Assembly: GCA_046597055.1 (NCBI GenBank)
Contig: JBKJLC010000292.1
Location: 1 to 49,810 of the forward strand
DNA: 49,810 nt
Direction of reading: 5' to 3'
From: Kofleriaceae bacterium
Lineage (GTDB): Bacteria > Myxococcota_A > Polyangia > Haliangiales > Haliangiaceae
The notes beneath the pieces are model-generated. The model searched no databases and was not told the origin of the DNA. It saw nothing but the letters and a program-made list of their open reading frames with translations. Shown here one piece after another: positions 24,767 through 35,846 of this stretch (its first letter is position 1; each line of letters starts with the position of its first letter). A program made the position numbers and the translations under genes.

Positions 24767-26680
24767 TCAGTTCGGGGCCTCGGGGCCTCCGTAGAGGCCC
24801 ATGTCGGCCCGGCTGCCATCGCGGTCAGTCAGCTGCGGGTGGCCCGCGTTCACGCCCACGCTGGTCGCCTGCAGGCGGAAGTTGCTGACTCCCGGGTCCA
24901 GGTACGCGGGGTCGGTCGCGAGGTTGCCGTTGCCGCCGGTCGGATCCGCCATGCCCGCGAAGGTGGCCGGGAAGGCGTCGTTGAAGCGCCAGATCGGCGT
25001 CGCGGCGGGCGCTGCCACGACCGCGGTCCCGGTGTGGCCGGTGAAGATCGAGCTCTGGAACGACAGGTTGGGCGCCCCGATCCACACGGCCGCGCCGGCG
25101 TCCGCCACGTTGCCGTGCACGACCATGAAGTCGACCTCGGCCACCGGGTCGATCGGCGGGCACGGACACGCGAGGGTCCACGGATAGCTGGCGCTGGGGT
25201 CGACGTAGAAGCCGCCGCCCACGTCGGCCGCGTGGTTGCCGATGAGGAGCGAGTTCGACATCCGCAGCGGCGTCCCGCGGGTGTAGACGCCGGCGCCCTG
25301 GTGCGCGGTGTTGCCGGTCAGCACGACCCGCCGGACCGTGACCGGCTGGTAGTTGTTCTCGAGGTACATGCCGCCGCCGCGCCAGGCGTGGTTGCCCGCC
25401 AGCTGGACGCCGTCGATCAGCCCGCCATTCCAGGGCCACAGCATGGCGTGGATGCCGCCGCCGATGCTGGCGCGGTTGCGCGAGATCTCGCCGCCGCGCA
25501 CCACGCTCGCGTCGTTGTCGAGCTCGATGCCACCGCCGGCGCCGAGCGCGATGTTGCCGGTGATGATGTTGTCGATGTACTCGCCGGCCACGTGCGAGCT
25601 CTTGAAGCCGCCGCCGTCACCGTCGACCGCGTGGTTGTCGGCGATGACGTTGCGCTCGAGGCGCGCCGCACACTCGAAGATGCGCAGGCCGCCGCCGTCG
25701 TCGAAGCTGGTGTTCGCGACGATCTGGTTCTCGGTGAGGACGCCGGTGGTCTGGTGCAGGTAGAGGCCACCACCCTCCCACTCGGCGTCGTTGTGGCTGA
25801 TGTTGTTGCGGCTCATCGTGGGCGCGTGCTTCCAGACGTAGATGCCGCCGCCGGTCCAAGCCGAGGTGTTGTCGTTGACCAGGGTGTCGTCGAGCGCGCT
25901 GTCGCTGCGCTGGTAGAGCGCGCCGCCGTGGACCCGGGCGTGGTTGCTGGTGAGCTCGCTGGTGCGGAGGTCGACCCGGCCTTCGAGCAGCGCCACCGCG
26001 CCGCCGTCATCGGCCGAGTTGCCGACGAACTTGCTGCCGGTGATCGAGCCGGTGCTCTCGACCAGGAGCGCACCGCCACCCTGGAGCACGCCCTCATTGG
26101 CCTCGAAGTGGGTCCGCTCGATCTCGACCTCGCAGCGGGCGGCGAACAGGCCACCGCCGCCACGCTCGGCGCGGTTGGCGCGCAGCGCGCTGTCGAGCAC
26201 GGTCAGCGCTGCGTCGACGCAGCGGATGCCACCGCCCTCGGACGGGTTGCCACCGCCGCGGATCGTGAGGCCGGCGATCGTGACGTCGCCGCCGCTGACC
26301 GACAGGCCGACCCGCCCCCCCGCGTCGATGATGGTGGCACCGGCGCCGGCACCGTTGATGCGGATCGACCGGCCCGACACCGCGAGCGCCTCGGGGTACG
26401 TGCCCGCGCACACCTCGATGCCGCCGCCATCGGGCGCCGCCTCGATCGCCGCCGCGATGGTCGTGAACGGCTGGCTGCCGTCGGCGCACACGTAGAGCTC
26501 GTCGATGACCCCGTCGCAGTCGTTGTCGACGCGGTCGCCGTGGACCTCCGTGCCGGTCGGCACACAGACCTCGTCGGGCTGGTCATCGTCACCGCCGCCC
26601 AGCCCGCCCCCTCCGCAGGCGGCGAGGAGCACCATGGCGAGCGACCAGCGACGGGGGACGGCGACGCGACGACGAAGCAT
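24767..26680 (-). CDS. Right-handed parallel beta-helix repeat lipoprotein with MopE-like metal-binding motif
   Basis: LLAAC lipobox; DRVDNDCDGVIDE motif; many N-x-A-x-x-GGG repeats; DMGLYGG end. Alternative start 26704. Confidence 0.8.
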   Translation of the reverse strand: MLRRRVAVPRRWSLAMVLLAACGGGGLGGGDDDQPDEVCVPTGTEVHGDRVDNDCDGVIDELYVCADGSQPFTTIAAAIEAAPDGGGIEVCAGTYPEALAVSGRSIRINGAGAGATIIDAGGRVGLSVSGGDVTIAGLTIRGGGNPSEGGGIRCVDAALTVLDSALRANRAERGGGGLFAARCEVEIERTHFEANEGVLQGGGALLVESTGSITGSKFVGNSADDGGAVALLEGRVDLRTSELTSNHARVHGGALYQRSDSALDDTLVNDNTSAWTGGGIYVWKHAPTMSRNNISHNDAEWEGGGLYLHQTTGVLTENQIVANTSFDDGGGLRIFECAARLERNVIADNHAVDGDGGGFKSSHVAGEYIDNIITGNIALGAGGGIELDNDASVVRGGEISRNRASIGGGIHAMLWPWNGGLIDGVQLAGNHAWRGGGMYLENNYQPVTVRRVVLTGNTAHQGAGVYTRGTPLRMSNSLLIGNHAADVGGGFYVDPSASYPWTLACPCPPIDPVAEVDFMVVHGNVADAGAAVWIGAPNLSFQSSIFTGHTGTAVVAAPAATPIWRFNDAFPATFAGMADPTGGNGNLATDPAYLDPGVSNFRLQATSVGVNAGHPQLTDRDGSRADMGLYGGPEAPN

Positions 26681-26836
26681 TCCCTCGGCAGTAGCGATTC
26701 TCATGCCGCGCCTGGTGGCGGCACAATCCGAGCGATTCCGCCCGCCCGACCGTGGCATTCATGCACCACCGTGCGAGCGGCGCGGTCGGGGAGCACGCCA
26801 GGCGGGCGCGGGCACCGTGCTTCTCGCAGGCCGGGG

Positions 26837-28399
26837 TCAGGGCCCGCCGTCCGGCGAGGCCGGTTCGGCGGCGTCGACCGCGTCATCGACCAGCTCCAGC
26901 TCGAGATCGTCGGCCGGCGGCGCCTCGCCGGGCTCGGCCGCGGCGAACGGAGGCGCGGCGCCGGCGCAGGCGCGGGTCTCGCCGAGCACCGCCGTGGCGA
27001 CGCCGCCCCCACCCGCGATGCGCGCGACCTCCTTGCCGCTGGCCACCTCGAGCACGCGCACCGCATCGCCGTCGACCAGCGCCAGCCGGTCGCTGCCTTG
27101 CCAGGCCGGCGACGGCACCGATTCGCTGGTCGCGACCGCGCGGGTGCGGCCGGTCGCGACCTCGGTGACGTGCACGGTGATCGTGCGCGCGGCGTCGGCC
27201 CCGCACGGCTCGTCCGCGACCGTCGCGAACGCGAGCCGGGTGCCGTCCGGCGACCAGGCCACGCTGTGGCCGTCGACCAAACCCGGGCCCGGCGTCACCA
27301 CCTTCTTGCTGCGATCGATGCGGAACGCGCTCGCGGTGCCGGCATCGTCCCAGTCCGCGGTGATGCCGGCGACCGGCAGCCGGCGCCGCGCGACCTCGAG
27401 CGGCTTGACTCGCAGCAGGTCGCCGCGCGGGCGGTCGTCGGTCGCGCGCCGGGTGCCCTGGCGCCAGTCGACCGCGTAGGTCCGGGCCCGCGGCGCCTGC
27501 CGGGCGGTTCCGCGCGCAGGCAGCACCCGGACGATCAACGTCGGCTCGGCGCCGCGATCGAGCCAGGCCAGCGTGGCCTCCTGCACATCGCGCACGGTGA
27601 CCTCGCGGCCAGTCTTGCCGGTCGCCAGATCGACCGCGCCCACCCGCAGCTCGCGGATCGAAGGGCCGCCGCCGCGCGGGCGCGCGACCTCCCGGTAGGC
27701 GGCGTAGGCGAGGAGCGGGCGGCCCGGCGCGGGCAGCGCCCCGACCACCGCGCCCCCGGTGCGGGTGAGCCGGATCCATCGTCCGCCAGCGACCGCATAG
27801 AGCTCGGCCCTGTGATCGACGGTGGTGTCTCCGTCCGGTCGTGGGCGCCGGGCCGGCGCCGACCGCGCGACCACGATCACGGCGCTCGCGACCGCCGCCG
27901 CCAGCGCGGCGCGATGGCCCTCGCCGGCGCGGACCCACCCGGTGCCGGCCGGCGTGGCGCGGAACGCCGCGAAGACCGGCAGCTCGAGCGAGCGCTCGCC
28001 CCACTTGGCCCAGTCGCCGGCCCCGGCGACCGCGAGCGGGGCCAGCACCTGATCGAGCTGGCCCTGCCGCGCCCGCACCACCGCGAGCATCCACGCGGCC
28101 TCGAGGTGACCGGGATCGGCCGCCACCGCCGCGCTGCACGCGCGCGCGATGAGCTCGAGATCGCCGCGCTGCTCGGCGGCCAGCGCCCGGTCGAACGCCT
28201 CGCGGCCGGGACCGCGCCGCCACGCGAAGCCCTCGAGGCGGGTCGTGCCGAGCGGTCGGACCGGTACCGCGACCACGACCTCCGCGGGAGCGGCGTCCTC
28301 CGGCAGCTTCTGATCGGCAGCGCCAGGGGCCCCCGAGCCGCAGGCCACGCCGGTGCCGATCGCGCATGCGACGAAGATCACGAGCCATATCCGCCCCAT
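26837..28399 (-). CDS. Lipoprotein with TPR-like segment and TolB/WD40-like beta-propeller
   Basis: GVAC lipobox; helical [13 protein letters not shown] segment; [12 protein letters not shown] and SPAWQG repeats. Confidence 0.65.
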   Translation of the reverse strand: MGRIWLVIFVACAIGTGVACGSGAPGAADQKLPEDAAPAEVVVAVPVRPLGTTRLEGFAWRRGPGREAFDRALAAEQRGDLELIARACSAAVAADPGHLEAAWMLAVVRARQGQLDQVLAPLAVAGAGDWAKWGERSLELPVFAAFRATPAGTGWVRAGEGHRAALAAAVASAVIVVARSAPARRPRPDGDTTVDHRAELYAVAGGRWIRLTRTGGAVVGALPAPGRPLLAYAAYREVARPRGGGPSIRELRVGAVDLATGKTGREVTVRDVQEATLAWLDRGAEPTLIVRVLPARGTARQAPRARTYAVDWRQGTRRATDDRPRGDLLRVKPLEVARRRLPVAGITADWDDAGTASAFRIDRSKKVVTPGPGLVDGHSVAWSPDGTRLAFATVADEPCGADAARTITVHVTEVATGRTRAVATSESVPSPAWQGSDRLALVDGDAVRVLEVASGKEVARIAGGGGVATAVLGETRACAGAAPPFAAAEPGEAPPADDLELELVDDAVDAAEPASPDGGP

Positions 28400-28504
28400 G
28401 CTGGCCCGCGCATATCACGGTGCGCACCGCGGTGCGAGCGTTTCCCAGGCGTCTCAATGCCAGGGCAGACGCGGCGGAATAAACGTGATACTGAGCCGCC
28501 GTTG

Positions 28505-29065
28505 ATGCGCGCCTTGCTCCTCGTGACCCTCGTCGGCTGCCAGTCCAGCCCAGCCGAGGCGACCCCCGTCGGGGTCGAGCTGCGCGACCGCGCGGGCGCG
28601 GTGGTCGTGCGCGTCGAGCGCACGCGCGGTGGCTGCACGATCGACCCGCCCGCGCTGACCGCGACCGTGGCCGGGACCGAGACCACCGCCGGTAGCTGGC
28701 GGATCGTCCCGGGCCCGACCGGCCGCGAGTTGCACGGCGCCGCCGGGCTGCTGGCCCGGGTGGTCGACGAGTCGGGCCGGTTGTCGGTGATCGACCCGGT
28801 CGGCGTCCCCCTCGCCCGCTTCGTTCGCACCGACGATCGCGGCGCCGGCATCCTCGATGCTGGCCGCACCCCGATCGGCCGGCTCGAGGCCGAGGCCACC
28901 GGCTTCCGCGTGCTCGATCGCGACGCCCGCCCGGGCGCCGCCGTCGACGGCACCACCGATCTCCCGCTGGCGGCGGTCCTCGCCGCCGTCCCCACGCTTC
29001 CCGTCGAGGTGCGCGCGCTCTTTGCGTGCGAGCGCCTCACCTCTGCCCCCGTGCCAGCGAAGTAA
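28505..29065 (+). CDS. Hypothetical lipoprotein
   Basis: [15 protein letters not shown] lipobox at the 3' end of a long shadow ORF; fills the gap before typA. Confidence 0.65.
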   Translation: MRALLLVTLVGCQSSPAEATPVGVELRDRAGAVVVRVERTRGGCTIDPPALTATVAGTETTAGSWRIVPGPTGRELHGAAGLLARVVDESGRLSVIDPVGVPLARFVRTDDRGAGILDAGRTPIGRLEAEATGFRVLDRDARPGAAVDGTTDLPLAAVLAAVPTLPVEVRALFACERLTSAPVPAK

Positions 29066-29076
29066 CCAACAAAGCC

Positions 29077-30921
<1,845 letters not shown>

Positions 30922-30958
30922 CCAGCACGTGAAACCTGCTGCGGGGGCCGGGGAGGGC

Positions 30959-30984
30959 GTAACCTGCGGACCTTGATGAGCGTC
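30959..30984 (+). promoter_or_regulatory. Putative ECF sigma promoter (copy 1)
   Basis: GTAACC-N16-CGTC, 9 nt before GTG 30994. Confidence 0.65.
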
Positions 30985-30993
30985 CAAGGCGGC

Positions 30994-32400
30994 GTGAGCA
31001 CGATCGTGATTGCCGGGGCAACCGGCTTCGTGGGGAACGCGCTGGCGCAGCGGCTGGCCGGTCGCACCCAGGACCCGCTCGAGGTGGTCGGGCTCACCCG
31101 CGGCCGCCGCGAGGCGGCGGGGGCGTGGTCCCGGCTGGTCACGTGTGACCTGTTCTCGCTCTCCGACGTGCAGGCCGCCCTGAAGGGCGCGCGGTTTGCG
31201 GTGTACCTGGTCCACTCGATGCTGCCGTCGGCGCGGCTGGTCCAGGGCAACTTCGCCGACCTCGATCTCATCTGCGCCGACAACTTCGGGCGCGCGGCCA
31301 AGGCGGCCGGGGTCGAGCAGATCGTGTACCTCGGCGGGCTCATTCCCGACACCGAGCCGCTGTCGAGCCACCTGGCCAGCCGGCTCGAGGTCGAGGCCGC
31401 GCTCGGCTCGCACGGCGTGCCGGTGACGACCTTGCGCGCCGGCATCGTGATCGGCCCGGGCGGCTCGTCGTTCGAGATGCTGGTGCGGCTGGTGCGCCGG
31501 CTGCCGGCGATGATCACGCCGCGCTGGTGCGATCACAGCTGCCAGCCGATCGACCTGGGCACGGTCACCGCGCTCATCGACCACGTGGTCGGTCGGGTCG
31601 AGTGTTACCACCAGACCTACGATATCGGCGGGCCCGATATCCTGAGCTACCGCGACATGCTGCTCACGGTGGGCGCGCTGCTCGGCACCCCGCGGCGCGT
31701 CTACCGGTTCCCGCTGTTCACGCCGCGGCTGTCGCGGCTGTGGGTGTCGCTCATCACCGGCGCGCCGCGCGCGCTGGTCGCGCCGCTGATCGACAGCCTG
31801 CAGCACGACATGGTGTGCCGCGATCGTCGGCTGCAGGCCGCGGCCGACCTGCCCGGCATGAAGTTCCGCGACGCGGCGGCGATCTCGCTGGGCGCGGCCG
31901 CGGCCACGCCCGGCACCGCGCTGCCGGTGGTCTACAAGGCGGCGCCGCGGGTGACCCCGACCGGCGTGCGCTCGGTGCAGCGGATCGAGCTGCCAGGCGG
32001 CCGCGACGCCGAGTGGGCTGCCCACGAGTACATGCGCTGGCTGCCGCGTGGCGCCTGGCCGTTCCTGCGGGTCGACGTCGACAACCAGCGGACCTGCTCG
32101 TTCTACCTGAAGGGATCGCGGCGGCCGCTGCTGGTGCTGACGTTCGCGGCCGAGCGCAGCGCGTCGGACCGACAGCTGTTCTACGTGACCGGCGGCGCGC
32201 TCACCCGCGCCAGCAAGCGCGGTCGACTCGAGCTGCGGGTCACGCCCGACGGCGAGCACCTGCTCACCGCGATCCACGAGTTCGTGCCGCGGCTGCCGTG
32301 GTGGCTGTACCGAGTCACCCAGGCCCTCGTGCACCGCTGGGTCATGGCGCGGTTCGGCACTCACCTCGGCCGCCAGCGCGCGCTGCCCGCTGCGGCGTGA
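30994..32400 (+). CDS. Atypical SDR / NAD(P)H-binding protein (YbjT-like) with C-terminal DUF2867-like domain
   Basis: [11 protein letters not shown]ossmann motif, [31 protein letters not shown]. Start set at GTG 30994 from the promoter position (ORF open from 30973). Confidence 0.85.
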   Translation: MSTIVIAGATGFVGNALAQRLAGRTQDPLEVVGLTRGRREAAGAWSRLVTCDLFSLSDVQAALKGARFAVYLVHSMLPSARLVQGNFADLDLICADNFGRAAKAAGVEQIVYLGGLIPDTEPLSSHLASRLEVEAALGSHGVPVTTLRAGIVIGPGGSSFEMLVRLVRRLPAMITPRWCDHSCQPIDLGTVTALIDHVVGRVECYHQTYDIGGPDILSYRDMLLTVGALLGTPRRVYRFPLFTPRLSRLWVSLITGAPRALVAPLIDSLQHDMVCRDRRLQAAADLPGMKFRDAAAISLGAAAATPGTALPVVYKAAPRVTPTGVRSVQRIELPGGRDAEWAAHEYMRWLPRGAWPFLRVDVDNQRTCSFYLKGSRRPLLVLTFAAERSASDRQLFYVTGGALTRASKRGRLELRVTPDGEHLLTAIHEFVPRLPWWLYRVTQALVHRWVMARFGTHLGRQRALPAAA

Positions 32401-32968
32401 GCTGGGCGCCGAGCGCGTCGTCGCCGGCGAGCACGGCATCCTCCGCGTCCGGGGTCCGGGCCAGCCGCAGCTGCTGCCGCGCCCGGTGCGCGCGGATCTT
32501 CACGTTCGCGACGGTGATGCCGAGGCGGCTCGCGGTCTCGGCCTCGCTCAGCTCGGCGCGCAACATCATCACCTCGCGATACTTCGGCGCCAGCTGGTCG
32601 AGCACGCGCTGGGCCGCGAGCGCGAGCTCGCGATCGGCGACCATCGTCTCGGGCGAGCGGGCCGGGTCGGGCACCTCGCGATCGACCTCGTCGGCGGTCG
32701 GCGCCAGGTGCTCGCGCGAGCGCTTGCCACGTCGGAGATGATCGAGCGCGGTGGTCGCCGCGATCCGGTAGAGCCAGGTCCGGTAGCGCGCGTCGCCGCG
32801 GAACGAGTCGCGGTGGCGGTAGGCCAGCAGCATCGCGTCCTGGGCGACGTCGTCGGCGGCCTCGGCGCTGTGGACGATGCGGCGGGCGACCGAGTACACG
32901 AAGTTGCGCTCGTCGCGGCCGAACTTCATCTCGTCACGGGGCCGCGCGGTCTCGGTGAGGGTCGTCAT
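32342..32968 (-). CDS. ECF RNA polymerase sigma factor
   Basis: [25 protein letters not shown] (region 2); [23 protein letters not shown] (region 4); starts 1 nt after the folE stop with a GGAGG RBS. Confidence 0.9.
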   Translation of the reverse strand: MTTLTETARPRDEMKFGRDERNFVYSVARRIVHSAEAADDVAQDAMLLAYRHRDSFRGDARYRTWLYRIAATTALDHLRRGKRSREHLAPTADEVDREVPDPARSPETMVADRELALAAQRVLDQLAPKYREVMMLRAELSEAETASRLGITVANVKIRAHRARQQLRLARTPDAEDAVLAGDDALGAQLTPQRAARAGGRGECRTAP

Positions 32969-32969
32969 G

Positions 32970-33623
32970 TCACCGACCTCCCGGCGCGCGCAGCAGGGCC
33001 ATGACCTCGGCGCGGGCCGCGGCATCGGTCGCGAACACGCCGCGGTGCGCGACCGTGGTCATGGTGGCGCCCTGCTTGGCGACGCCCCGCATCTTCATGC
33101 ACATGTGCTCGGACTCGATCACCACCGAGACCGCGCGCGGCTCGAGGTGCGTCATCATCGCGTCGGCGAGCTGCCGGGTCAGACGCTCCTGGACCTGCAG
33201 CCGGCGGGCGAAGGTCTCGACCGCGCGCGCGATCTTCGACAACCCGACCACGCGGCCCTCGGCCGGGAGATACCCGACGTGCGCCACGCCGGAGAACGGC
33301 AGCATGTGGTGCTCGCACATGCTGTGCATCTCGATGCCGCGCACCACCACCAGCTCGTCGCCACCCTCGTGGAAGATGGTGCGGAGGTGCTCGCCGGGGT
33401 CCTCGCCGAGCCCGGCGGTGAGGTCGCGGTACGAGCGCGCCACCCGCGCCGGGGTGTCGGCAAGGCCCTCGCGATCCGGGTCCTCGCCGATCGCGATCAG
33501 GATCTCGCGCACCGCTCGGGCGATGCGCGGCAGGTCGATGACCCGCGGCGAACGCGCCCCGCCGACAGCATCGCGACGGGTTACCAGCCGCTGCGTGGAC
33601 GAATTAACATCCAAGTCGTTCAT
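32970..33623 (-). CDS. folE: GTP cyclohydrolase I
   Basis: [55 protein letters not shown] box 7 nt upstream of ATG 33623. Confidence 0.96.
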   Translation of the reverse strand: MNDLDVNSSTQRLVTRRDAVGGARSPRVIDLPRIARAVREILIAIGEDPDREGLADTPARVARSYRDLTAGLGEDPGEHLRTIFHEGGDELVVVRGIEMHSMCEHHMLPFSGVAHVGYLPAEGRVVGLSKIARAVETFARRLQVQERLTRQLADAMMTHLEPRAVSVVIESEHMCMKMRGVAKQGATMTTVAHRGVFATDAAARAEVMALLRAPGGR

Positions 33624-33636
33624 AACGTCCACCATA
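33596..33636 (-). promoter_or_regulatory. Putative operator array plus -10 box at the folE start
   Basis: Minus strand TGGACGTTA-TGAACGACT-TGGATGTTA (9-bp period) followed by an inverted copy ATTCGTCCA; adjacent -10 TATGGT at 33631-33636. Confidence 0.5.
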
Positions 33637-33749
33637 CGCCGCAAAACGGTCAGCGCTAGCGAAAAACGTTCGAACTACACAACCGGTTGAAACTTTATGG
33701 GTATGTTGCCGTGTCTTCGACCGGGCCCCAGGTACCCCGCCTCCTATTT

Positions 33750-33775
33750 GTAACCTGGCTGACTTCGAAGGCGTC
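33750..33775 (+). promoter_or_regulatory. Putative ECF sigma promoter (copy 2)
   Basis: GTAACC-N16-CGTC, 10 nt before ATG 33786. Confidence 0.65.
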
Positions 33776-33785
33776 TCCTCGTCCT

Positions 33786-34631
33786 ATGCGTCTGCTGTCC
33801 CCCAAAGAGCTCGCCGAGGCGCTCGGTGTGAGCGAGTCGTCGCTCAAGCGGTGGGTGGACGCGGGCAAGATCGCGGCGGCACGCACCGAGGGAGGTCACC
33901 GCCGGATCGCGCTGCCCGAGGCGGTCCGGTTCATCCGCGAGACCGGTGCGCCGCTGGCCCGGCCCGAGCTCCTGGGCATGCCCGAGGTCGCGGTCGCGCA
34001 GGCCCGGGTCGCCAGTGGTGATGCCCTGCTCGAGGCGCTGCTCGCCGGCGACGCGGTGGCCGCGCGCGGCTGGCTGCTGGCGCGCTACCTGGCGGGTGAC
34101 TCGGTCGCCGCGCTGTGCGACGGGCCGATCCGCGAGGCGATGCACCGCATCGGCCAGCTGTGGCAGCACGACAGCGAGGGCATCTTCGTCGAGCACCGGG
34201 CCACCGACACCTGCCTGTACGCGCTCATGCACCTGCGGACCTCGTTCGACCCGAGCGGCGAGGCGCCGGTCGCGATCGGCGCGGCGCCCGAGGACGATCC
34301 ATACCTGCTGCCGTCGCTGAGCGCGGCCACCGTGATCGCCGCCGGCGGCATGCGCGCGGTCAACCTCGGCCCCGACACGCCGACCAGCGCGCTCCACCAC
34401 GCGGTCATCCGCCACGCGCCACGGCTGGTCTGGCTGAGCGTGAGCGCCGCGCTCGAGCCGGTGCAAGCTCGCCAGCTCGGGCGCTGGCTCACCTCGCTAC
34501 CGCCGTCGGTGATCGCGGTGGTGGGGGGACGCGAGAGCGCGTCCGTTGCCGACGCGCAGCCGGGCATCCGGCGGGTCGAGACGATGACCGAGCTCGCCGC
34601 GATCGTGGCCGACATCGTCTCCGGCCGCTGA
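33786..34631 (+). CDS. MerR/BldC-type HTH regulator with CarH/LitR-like B12-binding fold
   Basis: LLSPKELAEALGVSESSLKRW..RTEGGHRRI HTH; IGQLW-x9-EH helical-bundle motif; Rossmann NLGPDTP, LVWLS, VVGG; canonical E/DxHxxG replaced by DPYLLP. Confidence 0.82.
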   Translation: MRLLSPKELAEALGVSESSLKRWVDAGKIAAARTEGGHRRIALPEAVRFIRETGAPLARPELLGMPEVAVAQARVASGDALLEALLAGDAVAARGWLLARYLAGDSVAALCDGPIREAMHRIGQLWQHDSEGIFVEHRATDTCLYALMHLRTSFDPSGEAPVAIGAAPEDDPYLLPSLSAATVIAAGGMRAVNLGPDTPTSALHHAVIRHAPRLVWLSVSAALEPVQARQLGRWLTSLPPSVIAVVGGRESASVADAQPGIRRVETMTELAAIVADIVSGR

Positions 34632-34635
34632 CAAT

Positions 34636-34661
34636 GTAACCTCGGCGCCGCGACCGGCCTC
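34636..34661 (+). promoter_or_regulatory. Putative ECF sigma promoter (copy 3)
   Basis: GTAACC-N16-CCTC, 9 nt before ATG 34671. Confidence 0.6.
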
Positions 34662-34670
34662 GAAGGCGCC

Positions 34671-35201
34671 ATGAACCGAACCTGTCTGACGCGCCTCCCC
34701 ATCCTGCTCGGCCTCGCCCTCGCGGCATGCGGCTCGAGCGCACCGGCCGCCACCGAGCCGGGCATGGCATCCACCGAGCCCGCGGCCGCCGAGCCCACCG
34801 CCAACATCATTCAGACCGCGGTCGCGGCTGGCTCCTTCAAGACCCTGGTCACCGCGGTCGAGGCCGCCGGCCTGGTCGCGACCCTCGAGGGCCCGGGCCC
34901 GTTCACGGTGTTCGCCCCGACCGACGAGGCGTTCGCCAAGCTGCCGCCGGGCACGCTCGAGGCGCTGCTCGCCGACAAGGCCAAGCTGACCGCGGTCCTC
35001 ACCTATCACGTGGTCGCCGGCGACGTGAGCTCGAGCGCCGTCGCCGGGATGAAGTCGGCCACCACGGTCCAGGGCAGCGCGGTCGCGATCGACGCCAGCG
35101 CGGGCGTCAAGATCAACGACGCGACCGTGATCAAGGCCGACATCAAGGCGACCAACGGCGTGATCCACGTGATCGACACCGTGCTGCTGCCCCCGTCGTA
35201 A
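34671..35201 (+). CDS. Fasciclin (FAS1) domain lipoprotein
   Basis: LAAC lipobox; [33 protein letters not shown]. Confidence 0.95.
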   Translation: MNRTCLTRLPILLGLALAACGSSAPAATEPGMASTEPAAAEPTANIIQTAVAAGSFKTLVTAVEAAGLVATLEGPGPFTVFAPTDEAFAKLPPGTLEALLADKAKLTAVLTYHVVAGDVSSSAVAGMKSATTVQGSAVAIDASAGVKINDATVIKADIKATNGVIHVIDTVLLPPS

Positions 35202-35223
35202 CCGGACTGGGGGCGCCGACATC
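35198..35223 (+). promoter_or_regulatory. Putative ECF sigma promoter (copy 4)
   Basis: GTAACC-N16-CATC, 8 nt before ATG 35232; overlaps the fasciclin stop codon, so it could be partly coincidental. Confidence 0.5.
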
Positions 35224-35231
35224 TCAGGGTC

Positions 35232-35639
35232 ATGAACGGTGTGCTCCCAGACGGCAAGACGGTCGAGGTGTTCTACGACGGTGACTGTCCGCTGTGCATG
35301 CGCGAGATACGCATGCTCGGACGCCTCGACCGCAAGGCGCGCATCGAGTTCACCAACATCGCGGCGGCCGACTTCGACGCCGCCGCCCTCGGCACCACCT
35401 ATCCGGCCCTGATGGAGCGCATCCGCGGGCGGCTCGCCGACGGCACCTGGATCGAGGGCGTCGAGGTGTTCCGGCGCCTGTACGCCGCGGTCGGCTTCGG
35501 CTGGCTGGTCGCGGTGACCCGCGTGCCTGGCCTCTCGCACTTGCTGACGCTGGGCTACCGGGTCTTCGCGAAGAACCGACTGAGGCTCACCGGCCGGTGC
35601 GCGCCCGACGGGGCGTGTGCCGTGCCGCGCGCGTCGTAG
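35232..35639 (+). CDS. DCC1-like thiol-disulfide oxidoreductase (DUF393)
   Basis: [10 protein letters not shown] motif; [17 protein letters not shown]. Confidence 0.9.
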   Translation: MNGVLPDGKTVEVFYDGDCPLCMREIRMLGRLDRKARIEFTNIAAADFDAAALGTTYPALMERIRGRLADGTWIEGVEVFRRLYAAVGFGWLVAVTRVPGLSHLLTLGYRVFAKNRLRLTGRCAPDGACAVPRAS

Positions 35640-35802
35640 CGCTGCGCCCATCGAAGAAGCGAGCGCTTTTGAATACATCGAGAGGCGTTCTCCGGACCGC
35701 GCTGCGCCGTTCGGGCACAGGCGGCTGGGCTGGCCGGCAAGTGGCGTGTGCGGCTTCCCACCCGTCCGCCGCCAACTCCGCGCGAACCTTGGTGTCTGCG
35801 GG

Positions 35803-35818
35803 TGGCATGGACCATGCT
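35803..35818 (+). promoter_or_regulatory. Putative sigma54 promoter
   Basis: TGGCATGGACCATGCT, with correct -24/-12 spacing, 28 nt before ATG 35847. Confidence 0.5.
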
Positions 35819-35846
35819 CAGGGGCCGAGCAGCCTTCGAGCCTTCC

